DNA of 64,000 nucleotides, from NCBI RefSeq assembly GCF_037042905.1, contig NC_087263.1, positions 10,170,001 to 10,234,000 on the forward strand. Direction: 5' to 3'. Below, piece after piece: positions 1 through 15,000 of this stretch. The notes under the pieces are model-generated. The model was not told the DNA's origin. It was given only the letters and a program-made list of their open reading frames with translations, and did no database searches. This DNA comes from Lytechinus pictus. Taxonomy: Eukaryota. Both the position numbers and the translations under genes were made by a program. The stretch's first letter is position 1; each line of letters begins with the position of its first letter.

Positions 1-3000
1 ACCTGAAAATCAAAACATAAAAAATTAAGAACCTTGTGTAGCTTACAAAATATGAAAATTCCATGGGGGAGAGGTTTTCCTTTCATCCCATACGGTCCAA
101 AAGTAAACAAAATAGCAAAATGGTTATGCTTTTTGTCGTTCAAATATGCCCGTATTCTGAACTCAGGTTTAAATTAAACCCTGGTTTAAAGTTGTGGTTT
201 AACTATGGAGAGCCAATTGGCACACAAATCCCAAACAGTACACCTTCAATTTATTAACTCATATGACACCCAAATCATTCATAATTGTCTGGGAATGATA
301 GCTGAAGTATTTTTCTTTATTATGAAAGCAAAAGCAAAAGTAAACATAAGAAATATACAACATAAACAGATTTTTAAAATGTTTTTGCTTCCCATAATTT
401 TAGCACAGAGTTAGACCATGGTCTAAATTAAACCTGACTTCAGAATACGGGCCATAGTGTTTAAATATTTTTAATCGACCATCATCAGGCGCGTATCCAG
501 CATCAGATCCTACAAAGCATTTCATGGGCCCAATTGTCTGGGGACAATAGTGACTCTATTATGCTTGTGCATGGGCCCATACAATTCTTTGTCATAGTTG
601 ATGCTGGATACGCTAGTGATCATAAAGGTAAATTCCAGTTCTGGTAACGATCTCAAAATGACTTTTTACATAATCTAATATAATGACCACCCAAGTGTCT
701 GTTTGTATGAATAAAAAATATGTGCCAAAGGATTCTGGAAGAAATTGTGTAATTGCTGAGAAATAAGCAAATAAGCGCGGATTCGGTCACTTCCGTCGGG
801 TCTTTATTCCAGCAATAATAATACACTGTCCCACGTGTGCCTATCTGTGTTGGCGATCTTCAGTGTGATCGTATTTCAGCTTAGATTTTATGATTTCACA
901 AAGTTCAGTTTATGTAACTGTACCAGATCTAGATCCACGATGATATAGTAATACTTAACCTTGGTTTTACAGACTTTCTCACGAAATCAGTATTTTACTG
1001 CAACTACTGTTATTTAGCTTTAAGGACATGATCTGCTGCTATTCAAAATGGTGTTGAACATACTGATGTTTATAACATTTACCTCTTGATAACTGCAGGA
1101 ATCTCAACTTTCTTCATATCCACCGTTTCCCCGAGCTCCGACAGGAAGTGGATGTACGTCACCTTGCGACTGAATTTCACACTTACGATGTGACGGAAAA
1201 TACCCCAGATCATCTTGACGATCTGAGATGGATGCACAATGTACAATGCCTTCAAGTTCTTCTTATACCTAAAACATAAACAAAAGAAATGAAAGTCAAC
1301 GAGGTCAATTCTAGTGTTAGATCAAAATAAAATTATCTGCATATACATATGTGCATTAATATTTTGGATAAATACCCCTACCTGTACAAGAACTCTTCGA
1401 CAGCATGGAATGGGGACAAAAGGTCAGGATATATTTTTGTCTATAGCTTTAATGGATATCCAATCACTAAATTTGCCAAGTGTTCAAAGGGTCCTTTTTA
1501 AAGGTAAAAAATCTTAACCTAGAGAGGGTGCTAGATATCCAACAATTCAAATTTTCACAAAGAATTAAATTGATAACAAAAATTCAATTATAAAAGATAG
1601 CCAGATACAGAGTATAATTAACATTATTTACCCTTTAGTCCTTTACCAAGGCTTAGCACAGTCTTCAGCTGTACACACATGTGCTTTGCATTTATAATTG
1701 TTTTGATCTTGCTACTTTAACCCTATATAGGCCGGGGGGGGGGGGCCTCGGAGGCCCCCCCCCCTCAACGAATCGCGCAATATTTTCGCCATGCGAAAAA
1801 ATTTTACCGCGCCGCTCGCTGACTTTTAACTTTCAAGTCTTGCGCAACTTTTGAGACCAATTTTGCATCAACCGGGTACGTGGTTCCGAAATTACGCAAC
1901 ATTATGTAAGTGCATGTCAGACCAAAAATTGCTCAAAAACATGGTTTTGTGTACAAAGTCAATGCAAATTGTGTTTTCAACCAAAATTCATAAATATATG
2001 ATTATTTTTAGTTTTGCTGGTCTAAATGTATTTATTTTATGCTTTTTATGATCTCAGAAGAGTCCCCAACAAATTTCATTGAAAAAACAATAAAAAACAA
2101 AAGGTAAAAAAAACAAAAAAATACATAAGAAATTGCAAAAAACAATATAATACATAAGAAAATGATTTGATATCGCAATTTTTTTCATGTACACTTGCTA
2201 ATAACACCACAAAGAGTTTCTATACCAAAAAGTAGAACATTTGGAGCTTTATTTAGGGAGTTAGAGGAAAAAGTATGATTTTGCATACTAATTACGCATT
2301 AATTAGCATACCGGGTAATCACTTAATTCTCACTACCCCAAATAGGAACAAAAATCTCATAATGCGCGAGACGAGATAATTTTCACTCCGTCGGGTCGGC
2401 ATCACCACTTCCGGTTCAGGGTCATGCTCGCGCGAGGTTCGCGATACTGAGTTTTCCACCACGCTGAAATCGATGCCAATCAGCGTAATATGTGCCGATT
2501 ATAGTACTTTTTATTCAATTTGGTCAGTTTTGATTCCATTTGAATTATAAATAAAATAAAAAATATATTTCACGTGAAAATAATTTTTATTCATGTTTTT
2601 ATTTGGTTATAGAAAAATTAAACAAAAAATGAATATCTTAAAATTTTGCATTTAGCGACCGGCCTGACATCACGATCGTATTCGACTAGACGCTAAATAT
2701 ATACAGCATTCATTCCGTTCAATTTTTCGTAGACCACAAAATGGAAAAAAAATCAGTTTCGGAACTTAAAAAAATCTTAACTGACAGGTGAGGAATACCG
2801 TGCAATGGAAAGCGTCGGGTAGAATTAGTGCATGACTTAGCAGAAAAGGCCGTTAAACTGTATCGTGAAAGAGAGGGTTGTGATCACGAACTTTCCGAGC
2901 GAAAGCGACGTTGTGTTGTTGTGCATGACGGCACTGTTGATCTGAATGGCAAAACAGTGCATTGGACTTCCGAACAGGAAGTTGTTATACCGAAAAGCTA

Positions 3001-6000
3001 TCCCATAATGCAATGCGCGTTACAGTAATTTTCCTGGATCTCGGCGAAATCGCTATTTGGGGTAGCGAGAATTGCGATTCGCATGAAATAAATTACTATA
3101 CAATTTTGTAGATTATGTCCTAGGCAACCCACGTGCCAATTTTCGGCGCGATCGCGCGGTGGACGGACGAGATCTCAAGGGGGGGCCTGGGAGGCCCCCC
3201 CCCTCGGCCATATGAACTCCCAAAATACCCCGGCCTAGATAGGGTTAATGACATAACAATTTTAGTATTGAAACTTTTTAGTATTGAAACCCTCTCGGAA
3301 TTATTGCTCAAAGCATGTTAGGGATTACTTGAGTTTGGCTTCACACACAATAAGTTGCACACTCTATTTTAATTTTTTATGAGCTTTTCAGTAAATTTCA
3401 CTTCAGGCCAACTCACATTATTAATGACAGTCACAAAAAGTCACACCCCCCCCCCAAAGGAATTGAACATGTTTTTTTTTATGAAGATGTACAGCAATTA
3501 GCCATAAAGATTTTACTGCCACCGAAGCAAAGCAAACATGAGGAATAATCAGCACAAGAAGTATTCCAAATCAAACCTTAAAGAAAGTAATCTAAGGTTC
3601 TTCAAGTCCTTTACTTCTCTTCTGCTATAAATCAATGGTTTGGTTTGGTTTTATTTACTGTATAATAATCACAACAAACTACACCATACAAAACATTAAG
3701 AATAAATCTATAAACTCTTTTATCATCACGTTTACAGTCATTTTACAGACTTCACCTAACAAAAGCTTAATCTCCTCTGTTCACGCTTTTCTATTCCCAC
3801 AAAATCTCTCATTTTCATTTCTCATTCAATATCTTGATCGACCATTTCAACAGTCATCTTCAAGAGAAATCACAGGATGAAGCCCTGTAATTCAGGGACT
3901 ATCTTTAGCAGTTCTCACTGTGAATTTGGTACTTAATTGACAGAAATAGGACTGAAATGAGCAAAAATCTTTACACATCAATTTTCAAGTGATTGTACAA
4001 ATTATACCGCTTCTGGAAATGTTGTTTCTGGTGACACCTCTCGTGAGTGTCTACATGTACATGTACCTGTCTGCATGTCTTTTGTCTCTGCGTGTGAAAG
4101 TGTGTGGTACAAAATGCATGTACATGTACTGTACAGCTTTAGAGTAAAATATAAAAACCTTTAAAATGATACCAAACATGATAAATGGGCAATGCCAATT
4201 TTTTTTATATATCAAAGAGTGCTGAAAAGTAGCTAAAAGCATAGTAATGGCACCCTTGATATCGCAAGCTCATGAAACTAACCATGTTTTTTTTAATTGC
4301 ATGGTTGTTACTGAAGAAAAAATATGATGTATAGAAAATCCATAAAAAGTAAAAAAACATACATGTTAAAAGAAAAATATATATTTCAAAATAACTTTTG
4401 ACAAATTTAACTAAATGAGAATTCCAATCACTATGGATACCTGATAACTGAACTTTAAAAATGTATTATGATTTTTAATAAATGTCATTCCAGGCATTTA
4501 TTAGTAAAGAAAAAAAAACATGATTATTTTATGATATAAGAAAACTTGAGATGAGCTATGGTATGTCAGGAAGAAAGAGGGTGGGGGGGGGGTTACTTTT
4601 TGTATACCCTGACAACTGCCCCTCCCCCACAAAATCATTGGTGATGGAAAATCTAGAATATTCAAAATCACATGCATGTACTTCAAATTAACAAGAATGC
4701 ATGTTGCTAAAAACTCATTCATCAAGTACAAATTATATTATCCCAATGTAAAGTATTAAAAAACAATTTTGAAATTATGATCACTAAGATGAATTTCAAA
4801 AGAAATATTTGGAATGTGTCAAGAATAATGAATATGGAAGATGAAATCTCATGTACACTGTACATGTAGTATTCCATGGAATGACTGAAAATTGTTTGGT
4901 TTGGATTTAAGCCTGCTTTAGCTTTGATTTTTAAAGTCAATATTCAAACCACTCACAAAGCTGATGACTTGTTTTTTCTTCATTTTTTTTTTGTGGGGGG
5001 GGGGGCTTTAATACTCATGTAGTGCTTCATTCAATACAGACAATGCCCATTTTATCCATGACAAGCCCATACACAGCAGAGCTACGTGTAAAAGCCATGT
5101 AAAAGCAAGCACTGTATACTGATCCCCCTCCCCCCTGCCCAAAGTTATGTTTACTGTAAGTAAATAAAGATGTAAATTATCCCATTTAAAAAGAAATTAA
5201 GATTATAATTTCTGCAAGGTTATGAGAATAATCCATACTGTTTTATTTACCAATGTGCCAAAACATAATAATGGATTTTATACATGTATCTAAGAATCAA
5301 ATCAGCGTGCTTGAACAGGATAACCCATGAAAGCTTTAATCGTGGGGGGGTGGGGGGTTCTCGACATGTAAAAAGAATAAAAATAAAAACACAATAATAA
5401 TGAGTTTAAATTGTATGTATTCTAACATGACTAAACATTAAAAACACCCATCACTACTACCCCCAAACAAAGTAAACACCTACATGTAGTCAAGAGCTGT
5501 AAAGTTCCAGATCCAGGATTGAAGGGGGGGTGTCAGATTCACCCCCCCCCCATCGTTTGTCACTCAAGGCATGTTAAGTTTGTAGGAATATTCTTCAAAA
5601 CCCTACCCCCCCCCCCAAGTTCTTATATCAAAGGGAGGGGGGCCGTCACAGGTGTGGCACTTCTGATTATATGTACATGTACCAAGCCTCTTCCAGGAAA
5701 AAGTGGGGGACACGTTGCCCCCTGGATCCGTTTTTGATCTTAATAAACATTCAGATTATAATCAAAATCAAACAAAGTATTAAAGATAGTCCAAGAACTT
5801 CCCCCACACTGCATTTAGTAGATTCCCCCAGAAAAAATGAGACAAAATAAATTAATTAATTTTACCTTGCATCGTCCAAGCTGGTAGAGATACAAAATAT
5901 TTTTAATGACAAATAGAATTCTAGGGAAGGCTTTATTTGAATATTTGCTGTATTGGAAAGCTTGGGAGACAGGTATATGTAGCTTAACAAAAATCTCCAA

Positions 6001-9000
6001 GCTCCAAGCTCGTGGGATTTCACATTGAATTTCCTGGTGAATGGTTTTATAATACCACTAAAATATGCTAAGTGCTACATGTATACACCTAGTAAAGATG
6101 GCATCAAAAGTCACTCTGACTTTTATCCTACTGTGTACTTTACTGTTTGATAACAAGCTGTAATAATGCAGATTCTTTCCTTATCAAATCCATTTTAATG
6201 GGAAACACTATTAGAATTCATTAATATTCTCATTTAATTCTGCTTTCATTCAGGAATGCAGAAAAAATAGGCTGTTGAATATTCAGTTCAGAAAAAAATT
6301 TGTTACTATTTATCAGTATAATGCAAGTTCACATTTCCCTAGTACTTTCCCCCTTTATACTCACTCTTTGGCAAAACGTGAACATGCAAAGTACTTTTCT
6401 TATGCAGAATTGCAGATATAACAAATTAGTATTTAATAAATTCAGGTGACCTAATAAAATATGCATATTTCATGTTGTCGAACTGATCTCCTATAAATTC
6501 ATTTGTACTTTGCATCCGATCCTTATATATTGCAATAAGCCAATATGAAACTTCAAGTCAATATTCAATCCCATTAAGAAGTTTGTAATTGTGCCCATAG
6601 TTGCAATGTGAAAGTGCAAAATTGTTATTTTATTTCTGATCTTGAATAAATTAACAAACAAATAAACAAGACGGAAAAAAAAAACACCCACCAGAAAATG
6701 TATATTAACAATTTCAATTGGGAAACACCAAACCTATTAATAAGCAATCTGAAAACGATCACAAAGCAATATCATCATATCAAAAGTTGGATAGCTGGTT
6801 ACAAGAGCAAAGAATTTTGAGAATGCCACTCTACAAGCTAGATGAACATGCAGAATAAGGTTGATCACCTGACGCTTGCAGAGTATTAGGTTTTCCAAGC
6901 AGGTTTTTTACCTGCATACTGCACATGAGTTACAAGAAAATAGAGCGTTCCTAGAAGCTTATACGTTGGAGGACAATTTAAGAAACCTGTGTATCAACTC
7001 ATAATAAATCATTGTCTTTTATATGGTCTGACACAAGGTTTCCCATCGTTATCTACTCCACATGACGTCATCGGAAAAAACTCTAAAGGGCAAACAATAA
7101 CGTTTAAAAAATTGTGATTTCACTTACTTTCTCTCCAAATCTGAATCAATAATTGGTTATTTTGAAACTACTCTAAAAGGGGCAAACAAATCTGAATCGC
7201 TATTTGTTGGTTATTCCACTTACTTTCTCTCCAAATTTTTATATGCCTCCACTAGGAACTTCCAGGAGGGTCTGTTCTGTCTTGTCAAGCCATACTGGAA
7301 GATCACTAAACTGTAGTCATTCTCTACGTACTTGTTTAAGGTATCTTTCATGTAGCTGTTGTAAAAAGAAAATATAGAGGATCTAAAGGTATAGATTACA
7401 TGATTTAAGCAAACATGCAAGTAAGCAAGCAAGCAAATTGTATGCCACACCCTCCACTCTTGCTGGAATCCGTATGGCTACATCAACAGTACCCCAGGGG
7501 GGGGGGCACTCACAAATATTGGTGGTACGGGGACATGCCGCTTTGATGACCCCCTTTTTCAGCCCTCATTTTCAGTTCTCTAAATACTCCGAATGACAAA
7601 ATTTCAGTTCAAAAGCCGCCTAGCCACGCTCGCAAGACCCCCGTTACAAGACATCTCAGTTTCCCAGCCCTGCCAAAATTGTCAAGCGCGAGCACTGCAT
7701 GCGAGAGATGCACGTACCACTTCGCAACCCCCAACACTGCCGCTCCATGCATGGCTAACGCATGCAAAGCACTATGGTGCAACGTACCTACACTGCCGCG
7801 ATCACGTTCCGTAGACCGTTTTTCACACCGCACGGTATATATTTAGTTCCCAAGACCCAGTACTTTACCCTTTTACCGTAAGTAACGGTCTATTAACCGC
7901 ACCTTTTTCTCGGCGGGATAGAAGCAAAGTCGGGGGTGCGGAAAACGGAAAGACAAGACAAGACATTATTTGATAAGATGTACTGGTACCGTATCGTAGT
8001 TTGCAATGTACAAGAACGGCAGTGCTGTGTGTGTGTACACTGTGACTGTGTAAGTGGCCAATATTGTCGGGACCTTTCTTTCTTGCAAACATTTGTAGAT
8101 GAATTGATCAAGAACAGCAGATTTCCGCATACCGGTAATCTCTTTGGATACTTTGAAATCTTTAACTTAGTTTTTGTTTCTTCGTACCTCAAATATAATG
8201 TGAGAAGGATTTTTTTTTTTTAGTCCAAAGTTGGGGGTGCGGTTAATCCACGGGTGCGGTTCCTTAGACCCCCATCCATCCCCATAAAAAAATAATTTGA
8301 GTGCCCCCCCCTTCCGGGCAGTGCCCTAGAGAATGTTTGATCAGCATCTGTCTTCTGACACGTTGTCGGATTACAAATGTTGAAACATTTTCACGATCAG
8401 CACAGGGGAAGAGTAAGCCCTATAAATAAAGATTACATGATAAATCAGAAACATCAGAAAACTTAAAGTGTCTCCTTTCTTGCTTTGCTCATAACATAGA
8501 GACCATCAAAAAACAGCAATAACAATGATTCGACGCAATGAAATCACTGAAAGCATCCAAGATGTTCTGATGACAAAGTACATAATGCTCCCTATTTGTA
8601 TGTATACTCACCCTAGCAATCTCATCTGGTTGTACGACTTACTGGGAGGAAATCTGCTGCAGTAGACGAAGATCAACTTTCTTCCTGCTTTGTCGTCTCC
8701 TATTTTACAAGAAGGAAGAACAAAAACAAAATAAAATTTATTATCATTATTAGGTCCTTTATTATTGACATTAATCCTAACACTGGTCTGCACCTGCTTT
8801 GGAGGAGAAACAAACCACATTACTACTCCAATGAATGCATTTCTCTCTAATTTTGTGTACAGATTCTAAAACTATTAAAGGTCAAAGGTGAAAATTTCAT
8901 CAAATTCGGAGGTAAAATAAGAAAGTTATGACATTTTAAAGTTTCGCTTATTTTTCACAAGACAGTGATATGCACTACTATATGAACTATTTCCGGTTAT

Positions 9001-12000
9001 TCTTTTTATTTTAGGGGTTTATCATTTTATTGGTGCTTATATTGCTGTGCAGGCATATTCTCTTATCAGGCTCAAACATGTAACTTATTGTAAGCATTCA
9101 TTTAATGTTCAAGCATTCAAGCTAATCCTTCCTACAGAACCCATTCACCACACTGGAGTGGAGAGCACTTGGTACTGTAGATAGTAGAATGTAGATTAGA
9201 CCCTCAAACCTTGTGGTTCAAAGTCTGAAGACTTATCCACTCAGCCAAAACACATCTTGGGTAAATGGACTATATTTAAAGCATTTGAAGCCCCCCCCCC
9301 CCCACTCCCTAGTCAGGCCAAAAACTCTTTTTTTTGTGGGGGGGGGGGGCTACTGTTCGCTTAACTTTCTAACCAAATATGCAACATTGGATAAGCCCTA
9401 AAATTGTAATGAATGCAGACTTTCCAGGGCTCCTTTTTAGTTTCCAGAAGGTGTTTCACAAAGATTTAAGTATGACTTGAGTCGCACTTAAATGTCTAGT
9501 TGCGCACGGTATAGTAAAAGGCATGACAGCATTGGTCAGATCATGCAAAGAGGACGCGCACTACTGCGTATTGATAAAAAAGATTGCGCATTGCATATCT
9601 GTAGGCGTCAGCATTTAAGTGCGACTCTAAGTCATACTTATATCTCTGTGAAACACCCCCAGGGCTCTTTTGGGGCAAAATCACCCAGAGCCGGTGTAAT
9701 TTTTCCCCTCCCCAAATGATAAATTATGATTGGTAGACTGCAACCAAACCTCACTACACATAAATTAAACCACCTACCTCCAACTTGAATGATATTATGT
9801 TTGGCTATGTCTTCATAGTTGTCAGGTTCCATTGCCTGATCTGCTGTGGCCTCTGTCACCCCTCTCTGCTCCTCAGGCTGATCAACCCCCATGGTTGCAA
9901 TGGAATCATCCGATGGAGACTGAAGCTCTACATGGAGAATAGTCAAACAAATACAAATTTGCAAGGCATTATGGAAACAACTAAGGGTGAAAACGATATA
10001 ATTTGGGAACTGCTGGCAAGGCATGAAAGGGGGATGTACATGTAAGGGCAACACATACCAATGTTGGCAGTATACTTCAGTGCCCCCCTCCCCGATTTAT
10101 AGCATTATGGAAACATAGGCTGCTTTTAGGTTTGTTTTTACAAAATTTGGGCGACAATAGTTGGCCTCTGAAAACTGTTGTCTTATCCTGCTGGACCCAC
10201 GCCTGGTCCAGCTATTGCAATTAATTAGTTCCAAGTGCTTTCCATCTGGGCTTTGTAACTACATGCAAACAGGTCATCGGGTCAATTTTGTGACGACAAG
10301 AGGCAGCATTCACGTTATGAGCGAACATAAATATTGGAGAGCTGAGCCTGAGTCAGGCAAAACAATATTTCATTTTCAGAATACAGATTACAGGGTAGGA
10401 GGGGGGGGGGGCTACTTTTTATAACCTACTGCCAACATGTAAATCTGCAAAATTGGATAAGCTTTAAAATTGCAGTTATTGGGTATTTTCCAGGGCTTTT
10501 TGTAAAAATTTTCAAGGACCAGGACTTTTTGTAAAATTTTTCAAGGACCAGGGCTCTTTTGAACATTTCAGGGGGCAAAATCACCCCGAGCCCCTGTCTA
10601 CTTTTTTCCCCGGGACCAAGTACACTATTGTGTTGCATGCATCAGAAGAGGCGTACGACCAATATGGGGGACTCTTTTCAACATCAACCAAAAAATTACT
10701 TTTTTTCTTTCCAGGGCTCTTTTTGGAGAAACTTAAAAATTTTCCAGGGCTACATGTACTTTTTCATTTTCCAGGGCTCTTTTTCCACTTTCCAGGGCTA
10801 CAATTTCTGGAGCTATTTCGCGGCTTTTTTGCGTTTGTGTGTGTGTGTGTGTGTGTGCCACATTGAAGGGATGCTGCAACCAAAAAATTACTTTTTTTCT
10901 TTCCAGGGCTCTTTTTGGAGAAACTTAAAAATTTTCCAGGGCTACTTTTTCATTTTCCAGGGCTCTTTTTCCACTTTCCAGGGCTACAATTTCTACTTTC
11001 CAGGGCTACAATTTCTGGAGCTATTTCGCGGCTTTTTTGCGTTTGTGTGTGTGTGTGTGTGTATATATATACACGGTAGCTAGCATATACCAGGGAAGTA
11101 TAACACTTCCCTGGTTTGACCTTCGCATTGTTTCTTCGAAGTGATTGTTTATGATTTTAGTGTTGTGATGATAGATGGATTTTGATGCTTGAACGATATC
11201 TGAGTTGATTCATGGACCTAATACAGACCTATTCAGATTAATTCATGGAGGTATAGAACCTCCATGAATTAATCCAAGTTTGAATGTTTGATACTTGGTT
11301 GACGTGAGCTTTGCGTGTTTACTATTTAGTGTTATAGCCCATTTGTCAAATTAATCTAGAAAGATCTGTATTCGTGTCTAAAGACAATGTAAAAGAAAAA
11401 GAAAGTTCTGAATTTGTACAATTCTGAGGTAATTTATTTTATCATACAATATAGGTACCTGCAAATGTTATGAAGTTGAACAAATATCCTTCGTACATAT
11501 TTGACTGAAAGTTATTTAAATGACACTTTTTAAAAAAGACTTAAAATTATTCATACAAAATAATGATATGTCATAAAGGTCATTGAATTGTTAAGCGTTC
11601 GTATCAGTTACACAGATTCATGACAAAAAGGCCTACCAGAACCAAAACTGGTAATTTCCATCATCCATCATGAATGCCTAGCCTTGCACAGCCTCTAATT
11701 GAAATGAACTTATCCACGTCTTTGCAAATTTTACCTGACCTAATTTCTCCACACAGTGAGAGAGGTCATGTGGCAGCCAAACCAAAACAGAATGAAAAGG
11801 GCGGCAATCTCGTACCCCCCCCCCCCCCCACCACCACCACAAGAATATCAGATTTCCAAACATGTGCTTCTCAAGATTGTGCAATACATGACGGAGACAA
11901 AGAAAGTTATGTAAACAAATTGCCGAGGGTTGATGTCCCTGAATTAAGGGGCTAGTCTACGTTTTCAGTCACTTAAGAAAATGGCGAACTGGCCAAAGGT

Positions 12001-15000
12001 GAAATACATCATTGAAAAAAAAATGAATGTTTGGATTAAAATAACGAAGATTAAATGAAATATGACTGAAAAATATCCATAGTTGAATCTCTACTTTTAT
12101 TACTGACAGAACAATAACATCATTTTTTTTATTAACTTCTTGCCAATATTCCAATAAGGCAAGACTCCCATTTAAGACTAGAATGAAAGAAAAAAAATCA
12201 AAGCGTGATTTTTTTTAAAGGGATAGACGAGACTCTTGTTTTGAACAGAGATATAAAAATATTTAAAAACAAACAAGAGGTGATAAACACTTCATTAAAA
12301 TTATAATGAAGTTCGTAGTGAATTACAACTTGTAAAAGGAGAAATTAACAAGAATAATAGGGAAATAAAGTTTGGAAGAAAAGAAGGAATGAGGAGAGAC
12401 AAGCTTTGGGGGGAAGGATCAAGATGGGTGGCTGCAGCTCGACATGGGGCTAGATAAATGGGAGGGGGGGAGCAATCATCTATCAAGTCGCCCAAAATCT
12501 TACACCTTCACAGTCAGTCCGCAAGCCCCTGTGTTAATGAGCAAATGAGCAAGATTTATCCAAGTCCTCTCGTGGCTGAATTCATGTCCCTGCAAAATCT
12601 CCTGAATTGTGAGACTTTCTTTCTCAAAGAATTTAACCACTTTCTCCTCGAGTAATATTGATTATTTTTGTACCATGGGCAAGAGTAAATGTTACTCTTT
12701 TATGTTGGTCATTTCTTTTGAATGAAATATTTTGATAAATAAGTGATTTTTTTACCTGAAAAGATGCATCAAACAGAATTTTCTTCCTCTGTTTTCACTT
12801 GCAAATTGTGCAACATTTTGTGTTTTAGGCACCAACAGTATTTATATCATCAGAAAGCTCAAACTCTATACTTTCTTACAATGTCACTCTTGATATGTAG
12901 CATCTTTTAGATGGGTCAGCAGCCAGCTTTTTCCATCAAGATGCAAGACGAGATTTCTGAAATTTCTGAGTAACATAAAATCTAGAGTTCTGATTGGCTG
13001 AATACTGTTTTCAAAACAAACAGGCGCGGGTAATTTGAAGAGATTACCACATGGTGAGTGTGACCTTGCAGAGGCCCAGTGTGGGGAACATTGGAATTTG
13101 CGTGGGTGTGCGGTCTCTATGACCAATCAGAGCGCAGTATTCTTGTTTTTGAGCTGTAAAATGTACTCGGCCTAAGAGGCTGTTCTCACTACGTTCCTAA
13201 AACTAGTTTACTGGGAACCGGTTCAGAAAGCCAGTTTGGAAGATCGCTTTGCTAGCGTTCTCACTTGATCACACGAAAGTGGTTTTCAAAATCACTTCAC
13301 GTATAGCGCTCTTGTTGCTATGGAAACGCTCTCAGTGGGGAGACACGTTTCGCGCGAAATTCGAAACCGCAGCATAGGCATTCTACACCTGTCGTGTGGA
13401 GTAGCGCGCTCAAAATGTGCGAAGATCGCTTCCCGAAGAACGGTTGTGTCCTCACTTACGCTAAAACCACTTTTCCGATGCGAAGCGATCTTGAAAACTA
13501 CATCGCGAGGTGGTCTTCCAAACTGGTTTGGAAGAGCGCTTCCAAGAGCGCTTCGACCGTTCTCACTTAGCGTTAAACTAGTTTCCACTAAACTAGTTTC
13601 CACTAAACTAGTTTAAGGAACTGAGTGAGAACAGCCTCTATGAAAAGCTGGCTGCTGACCCATCTAAAATACATCTTCTTATAAAAATTATATCATATTA
13701 AAGCTTAGATCTTCAGCTTTATCATGATTTAAAAATCATTTGTGCCCAAACAGAAATTAAGTGTGAAAACAACAACTTTTGTTGCATGAAAAAAAATATT
13801 TTGTTTCATGTTTTAGATCAAAAGTTTTTCCTATATCACAACATTCTTTTAAAAATCCAAACACATGACCTGAAAGAATGATTTTTTTTCTTTACAAAGA
13901 TACCAAAAACATGAAATTTCGTCAATATTTAGAGTAGCAATGGCCGAATAAAAAGAGGTGTTTTGGTTCGCACCAAGCTCATTAACTATGCAAAAACCCT
14001 CTAGTCATGAATATCACTTGGATAAAAGAAGCTACTTTTTCAGGGCTTGCGGACTGACTGTTCACCAAACTTCTCACACAATCCACACACAAATCCCAGT
14101 TCATGATACACAATCACAAGTGTCGCTCAACACATGCGCACGTGGTCTCTACTGGCATTTTACAGTCACACACACAGAAATACACACTACACACAATGCA
14201 CACGATGCATCCCCATACCACATGCAGTCACACTGAGCCTAAAGCACACAAGCAGAGAAACGTTCTGCTCGAAGTATATGGCTCCAAATTCTACATTTAT
14301 TTTATCTCAGTGCTTGTAGTCGGCGCTGGGGCCGATTTTCGTCCATGAATGAGAGAGCATGGCAAAGACTCTAGTCCCTTTATCTCAGAACCGCCGCCGC
14401 TTGGTACTCGAGTCTCCAGAGATCAGGGTCGACTCCCCGACTCTGGCATTGAGAATCGGGTAGACTCGATCACCCGGCGCTGGTTGACGGGGGCGATTAT
14501 GAGTTTTGCAGTCGCCCTCGTGTGAATGTTTTTAGCCCTTTTCCGGGGCTCTTTTTGGACTTTCCGGGGCGAATTCGCCCGCCGCCCCCGTGTAATTTTT
14601 TGGTTGATATGCTGGTCAGCAGTGCAGGGCTGCTCTGCTGCAGGCTCTGCTTTAACAAGATGTACTGTACATGCGATCGCCACGAAGCTTCGAAGCAGCG
14701 CGGCGCGAGCTAGCGAGAAGTACGTACCGGTACCATCTCGAATTCATAGGCACATGTACCACATGCACTATTCACGCCCGTAAACAGAGATTCACAGGTA
14801 AGTTCTCTTAGCTGACACGATCCTATGATGGACTCGCGTGCGCTGAAATGAGCAATGTTATTGTGCCACTGTATCTTGTATTTGCTTGTGTGACTCTGCG
14901 GGCAGCTCCGCGGTGATTTACGTACATATATACGTGATGTTCGCAACTGCAGTCGGGCAATGAGTTTGGGATTTTGTAGCACAATTGGTGTGCGCGTAGG

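Larger units (their letters stand above)
10877..14606. mobile_element. Same-family TIR element nested in the previous one
   Basis: Same left end (~175 bp with ttccagggct subrepeats and (GT)n) and same 124-bp right end; flanks GGATGCTG / ATATGCTG (6/8 match). Confidence 0.72.

Noticed and set aside
10559..11083. 174-aa ORF with FQG repeats
   Set aside because: Arises from ttccagggct subterminal repeats of the two transposon left ends.
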